64,000 bases of DNA. Origin: an uncultured Chloroflexia bacterium (GTDB lineage: Bacteria > Chloroflexota > Dehalococcoidia > DSTF01 > JALHUB01). The stretch spans positions 32,001 to 96,000 of the forward strand of contig CAVSBT010000027.1 of assembly GCA_963726245.1 (NCBI GenBank). The letters are read 5' to 3'. Below, one piece after another: positions 59,790 to 64,000 of this stretch; position 1 is the stretch's first letter, and each line of letters starts with the position of its first letter. The notes beneath the pieces were generated by a model, which saw only the letters and a list, made by a program, of their open reading frames with translations, made no database searches and was not told where the DNA came from. Position numbers and translations under genes: made by a program.

Positions 59790-61505
59790 CTACTCGACGG
59801 AGACGATGTAGTGGTAGTGGGGCTGGCCGCCGGCCACCAGCTCAATCTCCAGGGATGGGTATTCGTGAGCGAGGTCGTCGGCCAGGGCCTGGGCCTCCTC
59901 GCGGCTGGTGTCGGCGCCGTAGTAGAGGGTAATGAGGCCGCTGTCGGGTGCCACCATGTGACCCAGGGAAGAGCGCACCGCGCTGCGCAGCGAGTCCTCC
60001 GCCACCCTGAGCTGCCCGTCGATGAGGGCGACAGCCTGGCCAGCCCGGATGCGCAGGCCGCCCAGAAGAGTGGGGCGCACGGCACGGGTAACCTCGGCGG
60101 TGCGTATGGTCTGACGCGCCTCTTCCAGTGAGGCTGCGTTCTCTTCCAAGTCTGCCTCAGGGTTCAGGGCGAGGAGGGCGGCCACTCCCTGCGGCACGGA
60201 GATAGTGGGTACCACCTTCACCGTCTTCGTCGAGTGCTCGGCCGCCTGTTGCGCCGCCATCACCACGTTCCTGTTGTTGGGCAGGATGATGACCTCCGAC
60301 GAAGGGCAGGCCTCGACGGCGGCCAGGATCTCCTCGATGCTTGGGTTCATGGTCTGGCCGCCCCGCACGACGGCGGTGACGCCGAGGCTACGCAGCACTT
60401 GCTCCAGGCCCAGGCCCGCCACCACAGCGACGGTGCTGACGCGGGCGGCAAGCGCGTCTCCTTCCGGACGGGGCCGCGTCACGAACTCCTCCGCCTGGGC
60501 CTGGATGTTGTCCATTTTGACGGTGGTCACAGACCCCAGGCCGGTGCCGTAACTGATCGCTGCTCCGGGGTCGTGAGTGTGAACGTGCACGCGCAGGAGA
60601 GACTCATCGCCCACGACGAGGACCGAGTCGCCCAGAGTGAGCATCTTCTCCAGCACGGTTCTCGTGTCCAGCTTCTCGCCGCTCACCAGGAACTCGGTGC
60701 AGTAGCCGTAGGGCGACTGTTCGTCCTCATGCAGAGTGGCGGTGGCGGCGAGCCAGCTAGCGTCGGGGTCGCGGGCAGCCAGGGCGACGGGTGGCCCGGT
60801 GTCGCCGCGGACGTAGCGCAGAGCGCCCTCCAGCATGATGTAGAGCCCCTGGCCGCCGGCGTCCACCACGCCGGCCTCCCGCAGGACGGGCAGAAGGGAT
60901 GGGGTCTTGCTGACAGCCTCCTTTGCTGCCTCGGCGGCGCTGGCGAGGACGCTCTTGAGGCTGGAACCAACCCGGCGTGCCTTGCGCTTGGCGGCGGCGG
61001 CGCCTTCCCGCATGACCGTGAGGATAGTGCCCTCCACGGGCTGACTGACCGCTTTGTAGGCCTTCTGGGAGGCCGCATCCAGGGCCTCGGCGAAGTCGGA
61101 GCCTGTGAAGCTCTCCTTCTCCGAGAGGCGGTCGGCCATGCCGCTCAGGATCTGGGAGAGGATGACGCCGGAGTTGCCGCGGGCGCCCATGAGAGCGCCC
61201 CGGGCCATGGCCTGGGCGACGGCGCCGGCGTCGTCACTCTTGGTCTGAAAGGCCTCCTCCAGGGTGGCGCGCATGGTGAGATACATGTTGGTGCCGGTAT
61301 CGCCGTCGGGGACGGGGTAGACGTTGATAGAGTTGATGGCCTCGGTGTTGCGTTCCAGCCAGGAAGTGGCAGCAGCGAACATCTCGCGCAGGTCGCGGCC
61401 GGTGTGGTTGCCGTTGGTGGCGCCGGTGGAGGAGGAAGAGCCATCCTTTGCGGCGGCTCGCGCGCTCCGGGCGGGGGACTGACGTCGGTTGGCGCTGGCG
61501 CCCAT
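59790..61505 (-). CDS. DAK2 domain fatty acid kinase (FakA-like)
   Basis: NVYPVPDGDTGTNM, GARGNSG, YGYCTE, GGQTMNPS. Confidence 0.93.
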   Translation of the reverse strand: MGASANRRQSPARSARAAAKDGSSSSTGATNGNHTGRDLREMFAAATSWLERNTEAINSINVYPVPDGDTGTNMYLTMRATLEEAFQTKSDDAGAVAQAMARGALMGARGNSGVILSQILSGMADRLSEKESFTGSDFAEALDAASQKAYKAVSQPVEGTILTVMREGAAAAKRKARRVGSSLKSVLASAAEAAKEAVSKTPSLLPVLREAGVVDAGGQGLYIMLEGALRYVRGDTGPPVALAARDPDASWLAATATLHEDEQSPYGYCTEFLVSGEKLDTRTVLEKMLTLGDSVLVVGDESLLRVHVHTHDPGAAISYGTGLGSVTTVKMDNIQAQAEEFVTRPRPEGDALAARVSTVAVVAGLGLEQVLRSLGVTAVVRGGQTMNPSIEEILAAVEACPSSEVIILPNNRNVVMAAQQAAEHSTKTVKVVPTISVPQGVAALLALNPEADLEENAASLEEARQTIRTAEVTRAVRPTLLGGLRIRAGQAVALIDGQLRVAEDSLRSAVRSSLGHMVAPDSGLITLYYGADTSREEAQALADDLAHEYPSLEIELVAGGQPHYHYIVSVE

Positions 61506-61596
61506 GCTCTATCCGGTTGCTCTACTCGTTAGGGCCGTGTTACGATTGCAGTCGATTCTAGCAAGAAGCGGAGATCGGCGTAAAGGGCAGGTTCGA

Positions 61597-61809
61597 GTGG
61601 CTACTCAGTGTGACGTCTGCGGCAGGGGCACGGTGCACGGTCGCAACATCCGGCACCGGCACGCCGGGCGTTGGGAGCGCAAGGCGCCCCGCACCAACCG
61701 CATCTTTCGCGCCAACGTCCACAAGCGCGTCGTCTACGTGGACGGCAAACCCCGCCGGTTGGCCATCTGCACGCGCTGCCTCAGAAGCCAGCTCAAGACC
61801 GCCGTCTAA
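61597..61809 (+). CDS. rpmB: 50S ribosomal protein L28 (zinc-binding type)
   Basis: CDVCGR...TNRIFRANV...ICTRCLR; divergent from dak2. Confidence 0.93.
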   Translation: MATQCDVCGRGTVHGRNIRHRHAGRWERKAPRTNRIFRANVHKRVVYVDGKPRRLAICTRCLRSQLKTAV

Positions 61810-61836
61810 ACGACGATAGCGAACGGACCGATCGGG

Positions 61837-61866
61837 TGGCCGCCCTCGAAACGGGGCGGCCAATTT
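61837..61866 (+). terminator. Stem-loop terminator after rpmB
   Basis: TGGCCGCCC-TCGAAACG-GGGCGGCCA followed by ATTT. Confidence 0.55.
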
Positions 61867-61897
61867 GCGTCCACGCATCGTCGCAGATGCAGAGTTG

Positions 61898-61922
61898 AGG
61901 GCGGTTCGCGAACCGCCCCTAC
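61898..61922 (-). repeat. GTAG-type REP palindrome
   Basis: GTAGGGGCGGTTCGCGAACCGCCCT; its TAG is the rpe stop codon. Confidence 0.75.
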
Positions 61923-62603
61923 ACCGCCAGGCCGGCTTTGACCAGGCTCTGGCGCAGGGCCTGCATGTTCTCCGCCACCGAGGCGCGGTCGTTGAACACG
62001 GCCGAGCCGGCCACCAGCACGCGCGCTCCCGCCTCCACGCAGCGGGGCGCCGTCGCCACGCTCACCCCGCCGTCGACCTCCAGGTCTGCGGCCAGGCCCC
62101 GCTCGTCGAGCGTGGCGCGAAGCCGCCGCATCTTGTCGAGGGTGCTGGGAATGAACGCCTGGCCTCCCCAGCCGGGGTTGACCCCCATCACCATCACCTG
62201 ATTCGACGTCGCCCAGCACCTCATCGACGGCCGAGGGCGGCGTCGCCGGGTTCAGGCAGACGCCGGGCCGGCAGCCCAGGTCGCGGATCTGCTGTATCAC
62301 GCGGTGCAGGTGGGGGCAGACCTCGACGTGGACGCTGATGATCGACGCGCCGGCCTCGGCGAAGGCCTCCAGGTGGCGCTCCGGCTGCTCGATCATCAGG
62401 TGCACGTCCAGGGGAAGGCTGGTCAGGCGGCGGACGGCGGCCACCACCAGCGGCCCGAAGGTGATGGGGGGCACGAAGCGGCCGTCCATCACGTCCATGT
62501 GCAGGTAGTCGGCGCCGGCGGCCTCGGCGGCCCGCACCTCCTCGCCCAAACGCGAGAAGTCCGCCGTGAGGAACGAGGGAGCGATCTTGATGAGATTAGG
62601 CAC
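61919..62603 (-). CDS. rpe: Ribulose-phosphate 3-epimerase (frameshift near 62205)
   Basis: [34 protein letters not shown]. Confidence 0.93.
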
Positions 62604-64000
62604 GTTTGCTTTCGCCCTCCAGCCTGCGGCGCGCCCGCCGTAGCGCCGCCCGCACCTGCCGGGGCGCCGTGCCGCCGGGGATGTCGCGGGCGGCGAGCGC
62701 GGCCCGCACGTCCAGCTTCAGCACGTCGGCCTCGAACCGGTTCGAGAAGCGGCGGTACTCGGCCAGCGACAGCTCCGAGAAGGCCTTGCCCCGGCCCTCC
62801 GCATATCTTACCAGCTTGCCGACGGCGGCGTGAGCCTGCCGGAAGGGGACGCCCTTGCGGACCAGGTAGTCGGCCAGGTCGGTGGCCAGGGCGTAGCCCG
62901 CCGCGGCCGCCGCCATCGCCCGCTCGCCGTCGAAGCGGAGGGCGGGCAGCATGCGGGCGAAGACGTCCAGCGTGGAGAGCAGGGTGTCCTCGGTCTCGAA
63001 GAAGGCCTGCTTGTCCTCCTGGAGGTCGCGGTTGTAGGCCAGGGGCAGGCCCTTGAGCATCGTCAGCACGCTCAGCAGGTGGCCGTAGACGCGCCCCGTG
63101 CGGCCGCGGCGCCAGCTCCGCCACGTCCGGGTTCTTCTTCTGGGGCATGATGCTGGAGCCGGTGGCGAAGGCGTCTGGCAGGGTCACGAAGCCGAACTCG
63201 GCGCTGGACCAGAGGACGATCTCCTCGGCCAGACGCGACAGGTGCATCATGCAGGTGGCGGCGGCGGCCAGGAACTCGACCACGAAGTCGCGGTCGGAGA
63301 CGGCGTCGACGCTGTTCTCGCTGACGCGGGCGAAGCCCAGCTCGCGCGCGACGGCGGCGCGGTCGATGGGGTAGGGCACGCCGGCCAGGGCGCCGCTGCC
63401 CAGGGGGAGGACGTCGGTGCGCACGAGGCAGCCGGCGAAGCGGGCGGCGTCGCGGTCGAGCATCTCGAAGTAGGCGAGCAGGTGGTGGGCCAGCAGGAGC
63501 GGCTGGGCCCGCTGGAGGTGGGTGTAGCCGGGGATGATCACGTCGCGGTTCGCCTCCGCCAGGTCCAGCAGCGAGCCCTGGAGGCGGCGCAGCGCCGTCA
63601 GCGTGCGCCCGATGGCCTCCTTGGCGTAGAGGCGCAGGTCCGTGGCCACCTGGTCGTTGCGCGAGCGGGCGGTGTGCAGGCGGCCGGCCGCCTCGCCGAC
63701 CTTCTCCGCCAGGCGCGCCTCGATGTTCATGTGCACGTCCTCCAGCTCCCGCCGCCACGGGAAGCCGCCCGCCTCGATCTCGGCGCGGATCTCCTCGAGC
63801 CCGCGCACGATGGCCTCGGCGTCATCCTGGGGGATGATGCCCTGGCGGGCGAGCATGCGGGCGTGGGCGATGGAGCCGGCGATGTCCTGCCTGTAGAGGC
63901 GGCGGTCCACGTCGATGGAAGCGGTGTAGGCCTCCACAGCTTTGTCGGTAGGCGCGTCGAAGCGCCCCGCCCACGGCTTGGCGGGCCCGCCAGACTCCGC
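62596..64000 (-). CDS. argH: Argininosuccinate lyase (5' end outside window; frameshift near 63110)
   Basis: [49 protein letters not shown]. Confidence 0.95.

Overview
High-GC bacterial chromosome segment, most likely Chloroflexota (Dehalococcoidia-like); this is inferred from gene content, such as the alpha/beta-hydrolase-adenylate cyclase fusion, Get3-like ArsA and leaderless-style promoters. Housekeeping genes (gmd, oppABC, four tRNAs, gatCA, argS, recG, degV/dak2, rpmB, rpe, argH) are mixed with a group 3b [NiFe]-hydrogenase operon, CoA/acyl metabolism genes and an accessory region at about 17.8-34.8 kb. That region holds c-di-GMP enzymes, exported Cys-rich and carbohydrate-binding proteins, and a displaced tRNA 3' fragment. 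Many single-base frameshifts fall in essential genes and are read as long-read consensus errors. Best leads: (1) a 682-bp integrase-free toxin-antitoxin cassette bounded by a duplicated argS 3' end; (2) a UGA/SECIS selenoprotein missed by the ORF track; (3) a halocin-C8-like Cys-rich lipoprotein with three Cys repeats; (4) 21-nt palindromic elements inserted in-frame in proteins; (5) sigma-28-type leaderless promoters on all three c-di-GMP genes; (6) non-canonical CTG and ATT starts for gatA and argS; (7) a tRNA-Arg(GCG). No CRISPR array, integrase or transposase was seen.
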